NCBI GenBank assembly: GCA_049276635.1
Contig: JBASWU010000062.1
Location: 39,464 to 103,463 of the forward strand
Length of the DNA stretch: 64,000 bases
From: Solirubrobacterales bacterium
GTDB lineage: Bacteria; Actinomycetota; Thermoleophilia; Solirubrobacterales; JACPNS01
Direction: 5' to 3'
The notes under the pieces: model-generated
Databases searched by the model: none
The model's input: only the letters and a program-made list of their open reading frames with translations
What the model was told of the DNA's origin: nothing
Translations under genes and position numbers: made by a program
Part shown: positions 42,541 through 51,356 of the stretch, one piece after another
How the letters are laid out: every line of letters starts with the position of its first letter
How positions within the stretch are numbered: the stretch's first letter is position 1

Positions 42541-42810
42541 TCAGCGCTCGGGATCGGCCTCTTGGCGAAGCCCGGCGAAATAGCAGCCCGCCAGGCCGAT
42601 CAAAGATCCCGGAACCGCGATAAACGCTTGAATCAGCTCGGTTTCGCCTCGGCCGGGAACATCGAACCCGTTGACCGCGAAGCCGAGCGCGACCGCCCCG
42701 ACGATCGACGCGAAGAAAGCGCCGACGATCCCGCCCCAGAAGTGATCTGGTACGTAGACGGCGAAATGCCAGATCGCGATCGCCATCATTATCCATGCCA
42801 GTAGCGACAT
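42541..42810 (-). CDS. GlsB/YeaQ/YmgE-family small membrane protein
   Basis: 89-aa ORF with three hydrophobic segments and a Gly-rich pattern (WGGIVGAFFASIVGAVALGF) like transglycosylase-associated stress proteins. Confidence 0.65.
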   Translation of the reverse strand: MSLLAWIMMAIAIWHFAVYVPDHFWGGIVGAFFASIVGAVALGFAVNGFDVPGRGETELIQAFIAVPGSLIGLAGCYFAGLRQEADPER

Positions 42811-42841
42811 CGTGGTCTCCTATCCCCTGCTCTCGGCGGCC

Positions 42842-45745
42842 TCAGCCGGAGGGTCCTCGCCGGCGGCGAGCGCGCGCGGCGCGCCGCTCGGCTTTGGTTG
42901 TTGGACGTGCGACAGGCCCGTCGGTTGACGGCGCGGCGCCGTCGGGCGCCGGGACGGCCGGCGTCGACGCAGTTTCGTCGGCGGTCGGTTTGGCGAGCGC
43001 CGACGACGTCACGGCCTCCTCGCGTTTGCGGGCAGGCGGTTCGGCGGCGCCTTCGATTTCGTCGTCGCGCAGCACTCGAGCGGTGGTGGCGTCGACGGCC
43101 ACTCCGCCGATCGTCTCGGTCGCGAACGCCGGTACAAGCCCGCCGTTGTCGGCCGCGATTCGATCGTGGCGCTGCTTGAAGATCGGCTCCCGCTCCTTCC
43201 AGAGCGAGAGCACCGGCGCGGCGATGAAGATCGACGAGTACGTGCCGCTGAGCGTTCCGATCAACAGCGCGAAGGCGAAGTCACGCAGCGTCTCGCCGCC
43301 GAACAGCATCAGTGCCGTGATCGGCAGGGCCGTCACAAACGACGTGGCCAGCGACCGTGTCAGCACCTCGCTCATCGAGCGGTTGACGATCTGGCTGAAC
43401 GCGGCCCGCGGCATGCGCGGCAGGTTCTCGCGGATGCGGTCGAACACGATGATCGTGTCGTAAAGCGAAAATCCGAGAATCGTCAGCAGCGCCGCGACCG
43501 TCGAGGTCGTTACCTCCCGGCCGACCAGCGCGTAAACGCCGACGGTGATCAAGATGTCGTGCGCGAGAGCGATCAAGATCGGCACGGCGAACTTCGGGCT
43601 GAACCGCAGCGCGACGTACGCGCCAATAACAAGCAGCGAGAAGATGATCGCGATCACGGCGCTCTTGGCGACTACCGAACCGAACGTCGGTCCGACGCTC
43701 TGCACCTCGAAGCGCTTGTCGGAGTCTGTGGTGCCGAGAATGCCGAAATCGTCCTCAAAACTCGTCCTCAGAACCCGGATGTCTTCGGGTCCTATGTCCT
43801 CGGACGCGATCTGAAAGGCATTAGAACCGAGGACGGGATCGCCGGAAACACGCTGGATCTTCGCGCCACCGGCTCCGACCTCGGCGAAGATCGCGCGAAC
43901 CTTCGCCTCGTCGGCCGGCTTTTCGAGACCGACCGTGACTCGCGAGCCGCCGGTGAAATCGATGCCGAGGTTAAGGCCGAGCCCGGCGACGGCGAGCGCG
44001 CCGACCACGAGGATCGTTCCGGAGATCGAAAAGAACGTTTTTGAGCGGCCGATGAAGTCGAAACGCCAGCGCTGCTTGTGATCCTCGCCGACTCCGAGCG
44101 CCGAGGGCCGGTCGAGCAATTTGGCCCCGCTGAGCAGGCCGAGAATCGCCGAAGTCGCCATCACGGCCGTGAACAGCGAGACGATCGTTCCGAGACCGAG
44201 CGCAGCGGCAAATCCGCGGACACCGGCGGTCGCGAGCACGAAGAGGATGAACGCGACGAGAATCGTGACGACGTTGGCGTCGACGATCGTCGCAAAACCC
44301 TTCGAGTAGCCGGTCGAGATCGCGTGCTTGATCGACCGGCCGGCACGGATCTCTTCCTTTATGCGTTCGAAAATGACGATATTGGCGTCGGCGGCCACCG
44401 AGAGCGTCAGCACCAGTCCGGCGATCCCGGGCAGCGTGAACGTAAAACCGATGATCATCGTGACGGCGAAAAAGAGGATGCCGTAGACCACCAGCGCCGC
44501 GCCGGCGATCACGCCGAGCACGCGGTAGAAGCCGAGCAGGAAGAAGAACACGAGGCCGAAGCCGACGATCGCCGCGATCAAGGCCTGGTCGAGCGCCTGC
44601 TTACCCAGCGACGCCGACACCTGCGTCTCGGAGATCAGCTTGAGATCGACCGGTAGCGCACCGAGATCGACCTTTTTGGCGACGTCACGCGCCTCGGAGA
44701 CCGACAGGTTGGTGATCTGCGCGCGTCCGCCGGCAATGCCGTCGCGCAGCGCGGGATCCTGATTGTCGATGCTCGCCAGTGAAACGACCTTGCCGTCGAG
44801 CACGATCGCGAAACGATTCGAAGCCGCAGCGCGGTTGCCGAGCGCAAGCGTCGCGTCCTTTTCGCCGGCTTTGCGGAGTTCGCGCGTGACCCGATGGAAC
44901 TTGTCGCCGCCCGCGCCGGTGAAGGCGAGGTCGACCGATGGTGCTCCGCCGGTGTCGGTGCCCTGCGAGGCGCTCTTGACGTCGTCCCCGACCAGCGCCG
45001 CGTTGTCATTGAGAACGTAGTGCTGCGGTTTGGCGAACTTCGAGTCGCTGTTACCGGACTGATATGACACGATCGTGATGCCGCGCGGTGTCTGTAGGAT
45101 CCGTGCGCCTTGGGGCTTGGTGCCGTTGAGCGGCTTGTCACTGACGAGGTTCTTGCTGTCGAGCAGTTCTTCTTCGCTGGCGGCCGGGCCCGCCAGCAGC
45201 CGGTCCTTCTCGTCGAACATGTAGTAACTGCCGTGGGCGACGCCGTCGTTGGCCTTGTCGGCCGCGGTCGAACTGCCCTTCTGCTTGGAGGCGAGCACGA
45301 CCGCCTCATGCAGATCGGTGTAGCCCTGGTTGGTCGCGCCGTCGCTGGCGGTGTTCCTGTCGGAACGGTTGGGCCCGACGACGACGTTGTCTTCCCATTT
45401 GTAGAACAACAGCTTCGCGGTTGAACCGACGAGTCCCTTGGCCTCTTCCGGGTCGTCTACGTCGGGGAGCGAAACGCCAATCAAATTGTCGCCTTCGCTG
45501 CGAACCTCGGCCTCCGAGACGCCTAGCGAGTCGACGCGGTCCTGGATCACCTTGATCGCGTTTTGAACCTCGCGCTCGGTCGGCGGCTTGGCCGGATCGT
45601 TCGGGATCGCCTCGTACGTCAGTGAGATCCCGCCCGCGAGGTCGAGGCCGAGCCGTAGCGGAGTAAGAGCGATCGCGGCGACCGATGCTCCCAACAGGGC
45701 GAACATCAGGACGATGATGATCAGGTTTCGTGTTTTATTTGCCAA
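42842..45745 (-). CDS. secDF: fused protein-export membrane protein SecDF
   Basis: 967-aa ORF. SecD part (LGLDLAGGISLTYEA, large periplasmic domain) followed by a SecF part (FDFIGRSKTFFSISG, GIDFTGGSRVTV). Pro/Ala/Arg-rich C-terminal tail. Confidence 0.95.
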   Translation of the reverse strand: MANKTRNLIIIVLMFALLGASVAAIALTPLRLGLDLAGGISLTYEAIPNDPAKPPTEREVQNAIKVIQDRVDSLGVSEAEVRSEGDNLIGVSLPDVDDPEEAKGLVGSTAKLLFYKWEDNVVVGPNRSDRNTASDGATNQGYTDLHEAVVLASKQKGSSTAADKANDGVAHGSYYMFDEKDRLLAGPAASEEELLDSKNLVSDKPLNGTKPQGARILQTPRGITIVSYQSGNSDSKFAKPQHYVLNDNAALVGDDVKSASQGTDTGGAPSVDLAFTGAGGDKFHRVTRELRKAGEKDATLALGNRAAASNRFAIVLDGKVVSLASIDNQDPALRDGIAGGRAQITNLSVSEARDVAKKVDLGALPVDLKLISETQVSASLGKQALDQALIAAIVGFGLVFFFLLGFYRVLGVIAGAALVVYGILFFAVTMIIGFTFTLPGIAGLVLTLSVAADANIVIFERIKEEIRAGRSIKHAISTGYSKGFATIVDANVVTILVAFILFVLATAGVRGFAAALGLGTIVSLFTAVMATSAILGLLSGAKLLDRPSALGVGEDHKQRWRFDFIGRSKTFFSISGTILVVGALAVAGLGLNLGIDFTGGSRVTVGLEKPADEAKVRAIFAEVGAGGAKIQRVSGDPVLGSNAFQIASEDIGPEDIRVLRTSFEDDFGILGTTDSDKRFEVQSVGPTFGSVVAKSAVIAIIFSLLVIGAYVALRFSPKFAVPILIALAHDILITVGVYALVGREVTTSTVAALLTILGFSLYDTIIVFDRIRENLPRMPRAAFSQIVNRSMSEVLTRSLATSFVTALPITALMLFGGETLRDFAFALLIGTLSGTYSSIFIAAPVLSLWKEREPIFKQRHDRIAADNGGLVPAFATETIGGVAVDATTARVLRDDEIEGAAEPPARKREEAVTSSALAKPTADETASTPAVPAPDGAAPSTDGPVARPTTKAERRAARARRRRGPSG

Positions 45746-45814
45746 GGCGGTGGTGGGTGGAGCGCTAAGAGAAGGAGGATTGATCGTTTTACGCCGGCGC
45801 GACAGGCAGGCGTC

Positions 45815-46273
45815 TTACGCCCCGGGCATGCCCTCGGGCGTCAGTACGAGCAGCATCCCCCCGTCCTCGTCGTAGGCAGGGAATATATCGGCAACCGCGC
45901 GCGCCTCTAAATCGCCTTCGGCGCGGACGGTCACGTTGTGGCCGGTCGAGCGCACACCCCATTCGAGTGTCTTTGCGATCGGATCCTCGTCATTGCCGAA
46001 ATCGAGGCCGAGCACCTCTCGCGCCGGGCGACCGAACACGTCGATATCGGTCAGCCCGGTCAACTCGAACGAGCCGCGGCCGCAGCCGATGATTCGGGCC
46101 TCGTTGTCACAGACGAAAAAGGCCGCGCCACTGGCCGGGTAGTAATCGTCGAGTAATTCGAATACGAATCCGTAACCGCACTTGTTGCAGCCACGTGGGC
46201 GTGATGTGAACCCGGCGTTACGGTCACCGTGGGACGACCGGGTCCCGCATTGCGGGCAAATGAAAATGGGCAT
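45815..46273 (-). CDS. hypothetical zinc-ribbon plus PAS-like protein
   Basis: 152-aa ORF. N-terminal CPQCG...CNKCG ribbon, then a PAS-like segment AFFVCDNEARIIGCGRGSFELTGLTDIDVFGRPAREVL. Between ruvB and secDF. Confidence 0.55.
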   Translation of the reverse strand: MPIFICPQCGTRSSHGDRNAGFTSRPRGCNKCGYGFVFELLDDYYPASGAAFFVCDNEARIIGCGRGSFELTGLTDIDVFGRPAREVLGLDFGNDEDPIAKTLEWGVRSTGHNVTVRAEGDLEARAVADIFPAYDEDGGMLLVLTPEGMPGA

Positions 46274-46396
46274 GGTGGATCAGTCGGTCAGAGTAGACAA
46301 GTGACGGTCCGATGCGTCCGTCATTGCGCCGGAGCGCCGGCCCGGCGTTGAATCCCAGGTATCGGAGATGATGAGATGCCTTCTCGTCCAGATTGT

Positions 46397-47476
46397 CTAG
46401 GGGAGCACGACGGTCTCGGCCGGGCGCGGCAGGTCGAGGTGGTCGAAGGCCGCGTCGGTGGCGATCCGGCCGCGCGGGGTGCGTTGCAGAAGTCCCTGTC
46501 CCAGCAGATAGGGCTCGATGACGTCTTCGATCGTGTCTTCGGCCTCACCGAGCGCCGCGGCGAGCGTCGACAGCCCAACCGGCCCGCCGGCGAACTTGAC
46601 GCAGATTTGCTCGAGCAGCATCCGGTCGAGACGGTCGAGGCCTTCGGCGTCTACCTCGAACAAATTCAACGCGTCGGCCGCAACCCGATCGGTCACACGG
46701 CCGTCCGCGCGAACCTCGGCAAAATCGCGGACACGGTGCAGCAGGCGGTTGGCGACACGCGGAGTGCCGCGGGAGCGGCGCGCGATCTCGATCGCCCCCG
46801 GGGCCTCGATCTCGCAACCGAGGATCGCGGCCGAGCGGGTGACGATCGCCGCGAGATCGTCCGAGCCGTAGAGTTCGAGCCGGTGAAACACCCCAAAGCG
46901 GTCACGCAACGGCGTCGTCAGCAGGCCGGTTCTGGTCGTCGCGCCGACCAGCGTGAACGGTGGAAGGTCCAGTGTCACGATGCGCGCGCCGGCACCCTGG
47001 CCAACGGTGATCGGGAGCTTGCGGTCTTCCATCGCCGGATAGAAGGTCTCTTCGAGCGCACGCGGCAGACGATGGATTTCGTCGACAAAGAAGACGCTGT
47101 GCGGCTCCAGAGCGGTCAGAAACGCCGCGACATCGCCTTTGCGCTCGAGCGCCGGTCCAGCGGTCATGACGAACGGGACATCGAGCTCCTCGGCGACGAT
47201 CTGCGCCAGCGACGTCTTGCCCAGCCCCGGGGGGCCGGCGAAAAGCACGTGATCGAGCGGCTGTCCGCGACGGCGCGCCGCCTCGATGAAGATCGAGAGC
47301 TGGGCCTTGACCTTGTCCTGACCGATGAAATCGTCGATCCTCCGCGGGCGAAGCGAGTACTCGAGCTCCTGCTCGCCATCGGCGGCGGTGGCCGACTGAA
47401 TACGCGCGGCGCCGATCGCCGGATTGGCGGTGCGAATCCCGCCGGTGATCGAAGCGTGCGTCGTCGGCGGGGCCAT
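46397..47476 (-). CDS. ruvB: Holliday junction branch-migration ATPase RuvB
   Basis: 359-aa [15 protein letters not shown], Walker [33 protein letters not shown]. Confidence 0.97.
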   Translation of the reverse strand: MAPPTTHASITGGIRTANPAIGAARIQSATAADGEQELEYSLRPRRIDDFIGQDKVKAQLSIFIEAARRRGQPLDHVLFAGPPGLGKTSLAQIVAEELDVPFVMTAGPALERKGDVAAFLTALEPHSVFFVDEIHRLPRALEETFYPAMEDRKLPITVGQGAGARIVTLDLPPFTLVGATTRTGLLTTPLRDRFGVFHRLELYGSDDLAAIVTRSAAILGCEIEAPGAIEIARRSRGTPRVANRLLHRVRDFAEVRADGRVTDRVAADALNLFEVDAEGLDRLDRMLLEQICVKFAGGPVGLSTLAAALGEAEDTIEDVIEPYLLGQGLLQRTPRGRIATDAAFDHLDLPRPAETVVLP

Positions 47477-48054
47477 CAGGCCGCGGCCCCGCGTAGCGCG
47501 GTCGCGATCAGGTCTTCGGCGGTCTCACCGATCGCGCCGGCGAGCATCGCGTCGGCCTCGACCTGGTTGTACCCGAGACCGACAAGCGCCTCCCGCGCGG
47601 TCGAGCGCGGATCGTCGGAAACCGCCGCCCGGACCACGATCGAGGAACCGCTCGGTACGACTTTGTCCTTGAGTTCGACGATCAATCGTTCGGCGGTTCG
47701 CTTGCCGATACCGGGCACGGTCTGGAACCGCGCCGCGTCACCGGCGACGAGGCCGGTCTCGACCTCGGCGACCGACATGCCGCTCAACACGGCGAGTGCG
47801 ACCTTTGGCCCGACCCCGCTGACGCTGGTGAGCTGCGCGAACAACTGCCGCTCCGCGGCGGTGGCGAACCCGTAGAGCTGCATCGCGTCCTCGCGAACGA
47901 CAAGGTGCGTGAGCAGGGTCGACGATCCGCCAACTTCAGCGACCGCATCGAGCGTGGCGTCCGAGACGTGCAACAGATAGCCGACGCCGGCCGCCTCGAT
48001 GACGACGTGATCGAGCGCCCGGTGAACCACCTGGCCGGAGATCGACGCGATCAC
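47476..48054 (-). CDS. ruvA: Holliday junction DNA helicase subunit RuvA
   Basis: 192-aa ORF starting [10 protein letters not shown]. HhH motifs [16 protein letters not shown] and [15 protein letters not shown]. Confidence 0.95.
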   Translation of the reverse strand: MIASISGQVVHRALDHVVIEAAGVGYLLHVSDATLDAVAEVGGSSTLLTHLVVREDAMQLYGFATAAERQLFAQLTSVSGVGPKVALAVLSGMSVAEVETGLVAGDAARFQTVPGIGKRTAERLIVELKDKVVPSGSSIVVRAAVSDDPRSTAREALVGLGYNQVEADAMLAGAIGETAEDLIATALRGAAA

Positions 48055-48554
48055 GCGACCGACCCGGGGGCCATCGCCGTGGCAAGCGGCGCGCCGTTGA
48101 CGTGACAGATGCCGACCGCCAGTGCGTCGGCGGCGTGGTCCGGCGGGACGGCGCCTTCGAGTCGCAGTAAGGCCATCACCATCCGCTGAACCTGCTCCTT
48201 GCCGGCGGCACCGCCGCCGCAGACGGCCAGCTTGATCTGCTGTGGGGTGTATGAACTGACGGGCAGGTCGTGCCGGCCGGCCACAGCGATGATCGCGCCG
48301 CGGGCCTGACCGACCAGAAACGCCGTCTTGGCGTTCTTGCCGAAATAGATGCTCTCGATCGCGACGGCCCGCGGGTCGTGATCGGTGATCAGCGCGTCGA
48401 CGCCGGCGGCGATCGACGCGAGCCTGCGCTCGATCGGCGTGTCGGGCGTCGTCACGATCACGCCGCCGTCGAGCGCCACGACATCGCCACCGCGGCGCTC
48501 TACGACGCCGAAGCCGGTGTTCGAGATGCCGGGATCTATCCCGAGAACGATCAT
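48051..48554 (-). CDS. ruvC: crossover junction endodeoxyribonuclease RuvC
   Basis: Track ORF runs to 48581. The likely start is ATG 48554, giving MIVLGIDPGISNTGFGV. Later AIESIYFGKN and DHAADALAVGICH. Confidence 0.93.
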   Translation of the reverse strand: MIVLGIDPGISNTGFGVVERRGGDVVALDGGVIVTTPDTPIERRLASIAAGVDALITDHDPRAVAIESIYFGKNAKTAFLVGQARGAIIAVAGRHDLPVSSYTPQQIKLAVCGGGAAGKEQVQRMVMALLRLEGAVPPDHAADALAVGICHVNGAPLATAMAPGSVA

Positions 48555-48603
48555 CTGTTGGTGTTCTCGATACGAACGCATGTTCCTACCGGGAGATTCT
48601 GCG

Positions 48604-48828
48604 CTATCGACCGGATGGCTCTGCGTAGCCCCCGCACTCGATGATTGGCACCGGCGGGTACTTCGGGAAACGCGCGTCGACCTTGTGCAGCATGCACATC
48701 ATGAAAACCGATCCGCGGGTGTTGCGGATCAGCTTCGCGTTGACGCAGGTGTCGCACAGGCCGTAGCGCCCGGGTTCGCCGGGAGGCCGGCGACCCGGCG
48801 CCGAGACGTCTCGTCGAGATTCGCTCAT
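48604..48828 (-). CDS. small conserved-looking Cys-rich hypothetical protein
   Basis: Track ORF 48604..48861 would overlap the divergent yebC start. The internal ATG at 48828 gives 74 aa with CDTC...C...C (YGLCDTCVNAKLIRNTRGSVFMMCMLHKVDARFPKYPPVPIIECGGY). No family recognised. Confidence 0.45.
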   Translation of the reverse strand: MSESRRDVSAPGRRPPGEPGRYGLCDTCVNAKLIRNTRGSVFMMCMLHKVDARFPKYPPVPIIECGGYAEPSGR

Positions 48829-48849
48829 TGGTCGTAAACTACCCCGGCG

Positions 48850-49602
48850 ATGTCGGGGCATTCAAAATGGGCGTCCATCAAGCACAAGAAGGCCGCCGTC
48901 GACAGCAAGCGCGGCGCGGCCTTCACCAAGCTCGCGCGCGCGATCGTGATCGCGGCGCGCGACGGCGGCGCCGACCCAACCGCTAATGCTTCGCTGGCGC
49001 ACGCGATCCAAAAGGCGAAGGACATGCGCATGCCCAAGAACAACATCGAACGGGCGATCGCGAAGGGCGCGGGCACCGACAAGGAGGCCGATACGCTCGA
49101 GGAGATCGTCTATGAGGGCTACGGCCCCGGCGGAGTCGCCCTCTTGATCCACTGCCTGACCGACAATCGCAATCGCACGGGATCCGACGTGCGTCACCTG
49201 CTCGACAAAAGCGGCGGCGGGCTCGGCGAACCGGGATCGGTCGCCTGGAACTTCGAGAAAAAGGGCACGATCGTGATCGACGCCGCCGCCGCGACCGAGG
49301 ATGACTTGTTCGTCGCGATCGACGCCGGAGCCGAAGACATCATCACCGAGGACGATCACTTCGAGGTGATCACCGAGCCATCGGATTTTCACGCCGTGCG
49401 TGCCGTGCTGGAAGAAACCGGAATCGAGCTTCAGACCGCCGACGTCGTTCAGCGGCCCAAGACGCGGACCGAGGTCGACGACAAAGAGGCCGCTCGCCTG
49501 TTCAAGTTGATCGAGGCGCTCGAGGAAAACGACGATGTCAACGAGGTTGCCGCGAACTTCGACGTATCCGACGAAGCGCTCACGGCGCTCGCCGCCGAAT
49601 AG
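48850..49602 (+). CDS. yebC: YebC/PmpR-family DNA-binding transcriptional regulator
   Basis: 250-aa ORF starting MSGHSKWASIKHKKAAVDSKRGAAFTKLARAI, the hallmark YebC N-terminus. Adjacent to ruvC as in many bacteria. Confidence 0.95.
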   Translation: MSGHSKWASIKHKKAAVDSKRGAAFTKLARAIVIAARDGGADPTANASLAHAIQKAKDMRMPKNNIERAIAKGAGTDKEADTLEEIVYEGYGPGGVALLIHCLTDNRNRTGSDVRHLLDKSGGGLGEPGSVAWNFEKKGTIVIDAAAATEDDLFVAIDAGAEDIITEDDHFEVITEPSDFHAVRAVLEETGIELQTADVVQRPKTRTEVDDKEAARLFKLIEALEENDDVNEVAANFDVSDEALTALAAE

Positions 49603-49627
49603 CGCCTCGCAGTTTCGTCCAACGTCG

Positions 49628-50461
49628 CTATCGCTTCGCGGCTTTCGCCGCTTTCATCTGACGTTTCGCGAGGATCCCGCTGACCTTGATCGCGATCGTC
49701 GGGGTAAAGCGGTAGCCCCACCACATCAGGTAACCGTAGGCGGGCAGGGTAACGATGCGTTTTTTTGCGACGACGCCTTTGAGAAGTTTCGCTACGCCCT
49801 TGTCCAACGGCACGATCAGGGGGATTTGTTTGCGGCCGATCGCTTCGTTGAGACCGCCGCTGTAGCGTGCGGCGCCGTAGATGCCCGACTCGATGAAACC
49901 CGGACAGAGGGCGGTGACATCGACCCCGAGGCCCTTCGCTTCGGCCCGCAGAGAATCCGAGAGGCCGACGACGGCGAACTTGACAGTGCTGTATGGCGCG
50001 AGCATCGGCGACGGAACCAGCCCCGCCAGACTGGCGGTATTGACGATATGCCCGTGCCCCTGACGGGCCATATGCCGGTACGCGGCCGAGGCGCCATAGA
50101 CGACGCCCTTGAGGTCGATGTCGATGATCTCGTCCCAGTTCTCGATCGGGATCTCCTGAACGGGACCCTGGGTCGCGATGCCGGCGTTATTGAACATGTA
50201 GTCGATGCGGCCGAACTTCTCGACCGTGTCGTCGACAAGCTTCGCGACGGCGCCGCTGTCACGCACGTCGAGCTTGTGTGCCTCGCCCTTGCCACCAGCG
50301 GCGGCGATCGATTCGACGGTCTCGCGCACGCCCTCTACATTGATGTCCGCGGCAACGACCCGTCCGCCGTTACGCGCGATCTCGGTAGCAAAACCCCGGC
50401 CGAGACCCGAGGCCGCGCCTGTGATGATCGCAACCTTGTTGTTAAAGACTTCGTTACCCAT
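49628..50461 (-). CDS. short-chain dehydrogenase/reductase (SDR) family oxidoreductase
   Basis: 277-aa ORF. AIITGAASGLGRG cofactor motif, NNAG, and catalytic YSTVK (YxxxK). Confidence 0.9.
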   Translation of the reverse strand: MGNEVFNNKVAIITGAASGLGRGFATEIARNGGRVVAADINVEGVRETVESIAAAGGKGEAHKLDVRDSGAVAKLVDDTVEKFGRIDYMFNNAGIATQGPVQEIPIENWDEIIDIDLKGVVYGASAAYRHMARQGHGHIVNTASLAGLVPSPMLAPYSTVKFAVVGLSDSLRAEAKGLGVDVTALCPGFIESGIYGAARYSGGLNEAIGRKQIPLIVPLDKGVAKLLKGVVAKKRIVTLPAYGYLMWWGYRFTPTIAIKVSGILAKRQMKAAKAAKR

Positions 50462-50780
50462 AGATCCTCGCTGCTCTCGCTTGACTATGCGGGCGGCGAT
50501 GTTACACGAAACGATGCAATGTTCGCACCCGGTTCCAACAGCCTTCGCCGGCGCGAATGCACCGGGACTATGCGATCAAGAGCTTGGAGCCGCCGATCGC
50601 GTCACGGCATCGCGCGTCGGACCGCGTACCCGGCGCGGCGCCTATCCGGGAGAAGCCCGCCGGAGGCAGTTTGCGCGGTCGGGGAGGCAGGCCGAACGCG
50701 GTCGAGGCAGGTCGTGCGCGGACGGTATGCCTTTTCACATGCGATCGTGAGTACATTTGATCGTGTGTAGCATCGCGGGC

Positions 50781-51224
50781 ATGCAGGAACCGCCGCCTCG
50801 CGACCGCACGCCTCCGGCCGCCGATGGCTCGGCCGCGTGGCTGATTAAAGAGGCGCGACGGCGGGCAATCGTCTCGCAGGTCGAGCTTGCGCGGCGGCTC
50901 GGGACGTCGCAATAGACGGTCTCGGGATGGGAAAACGGACGCGCGGAGCCGAGCTTCAAAAACGTCATGGCCGCGATCGGCGCGTGCGGGTGGAACATCC
51001 AAGCCGCGTTCGAATTGAAGGAACGACTGCCGGGCAACCTGCCCCAAGGCGGATCGCCGGCCCCTGAGAAAGGTCGCCCGGCGGATTTCCGGCTGCTTCA
51101 GTGGGATCGCATAGATACCGATGAAACCCGTCTCGACATGCAAGCGGCCATGGCTCAGCGGCACAAGGACCGCCGACGCGAGCGCGGAACCGATCGTCCC
51201 GAGCGCGACCGTCGCCGCGACTGA
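50781..51224 (+). pseudogene. XRE-family helix-turn-helix gene interrupted by an in-frame TAG
   Basis: The frame from ATG 50781 reads ...WLIKEARRRAIVSQVELARRLGTSQ-TAG(50913-50915)-TVSGWENGRAEPSFKNVMAAIGACGW and continues in the same frame into track ORF 50967..51224. The stop falls inside the recognition helix of a canonical HTH_XRE motif (LGxSQxTVSxWENG). Confidence 0.55.
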
Positions 51225-51261
51225 CCGGCGACCTCACGCCGACCCGCCGCGTGCGCGCAAT

Positions 51262-51346
51262 CGCGCGGTCTATCGACCCGCGTGGTGCATCGCTCCGCGT
51301 GGTGTATTGCTACGCGTGGTGTGTCGACCCGCATGGCGTAGTCAGT
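51262..51346. repeat. degenerate 17-bp tandem direct repeat, five core units plus weaker flanking units
   Basis: Units in exact 17-nt register: cgcgcggtctatcgacc / cgcgtggtgcatcgctc / cgcgtggtgtattgcta / cgcgtggtgtgtcgacc / cgcatggcgtagtcagt. Weaker units at 51245-51261 and 51347-51363. Lies in the convergent intergenic gap between the XRE pseudogene and the aminopeptidase. Confidence 0.75.
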
Positions 51347-51356
51347 CGCGCCCGGG

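Noticed and set aside
40231-42804. 857-aa plus-strand ORF, the longest unassigned ORF in the window
   Set aside because: It is antisense to RecJ, whose DHH/DHHA1 motifs are unambiguous. The sequence is Arg/Asp/Gly-rich low complexity. The same reasoning applies to 37790..39721 (antisense to relA), 22537..23793, 33621..34820, 8690..9814, 46376..47875, 52994..54106, 49535..50770 and 60657..61463.
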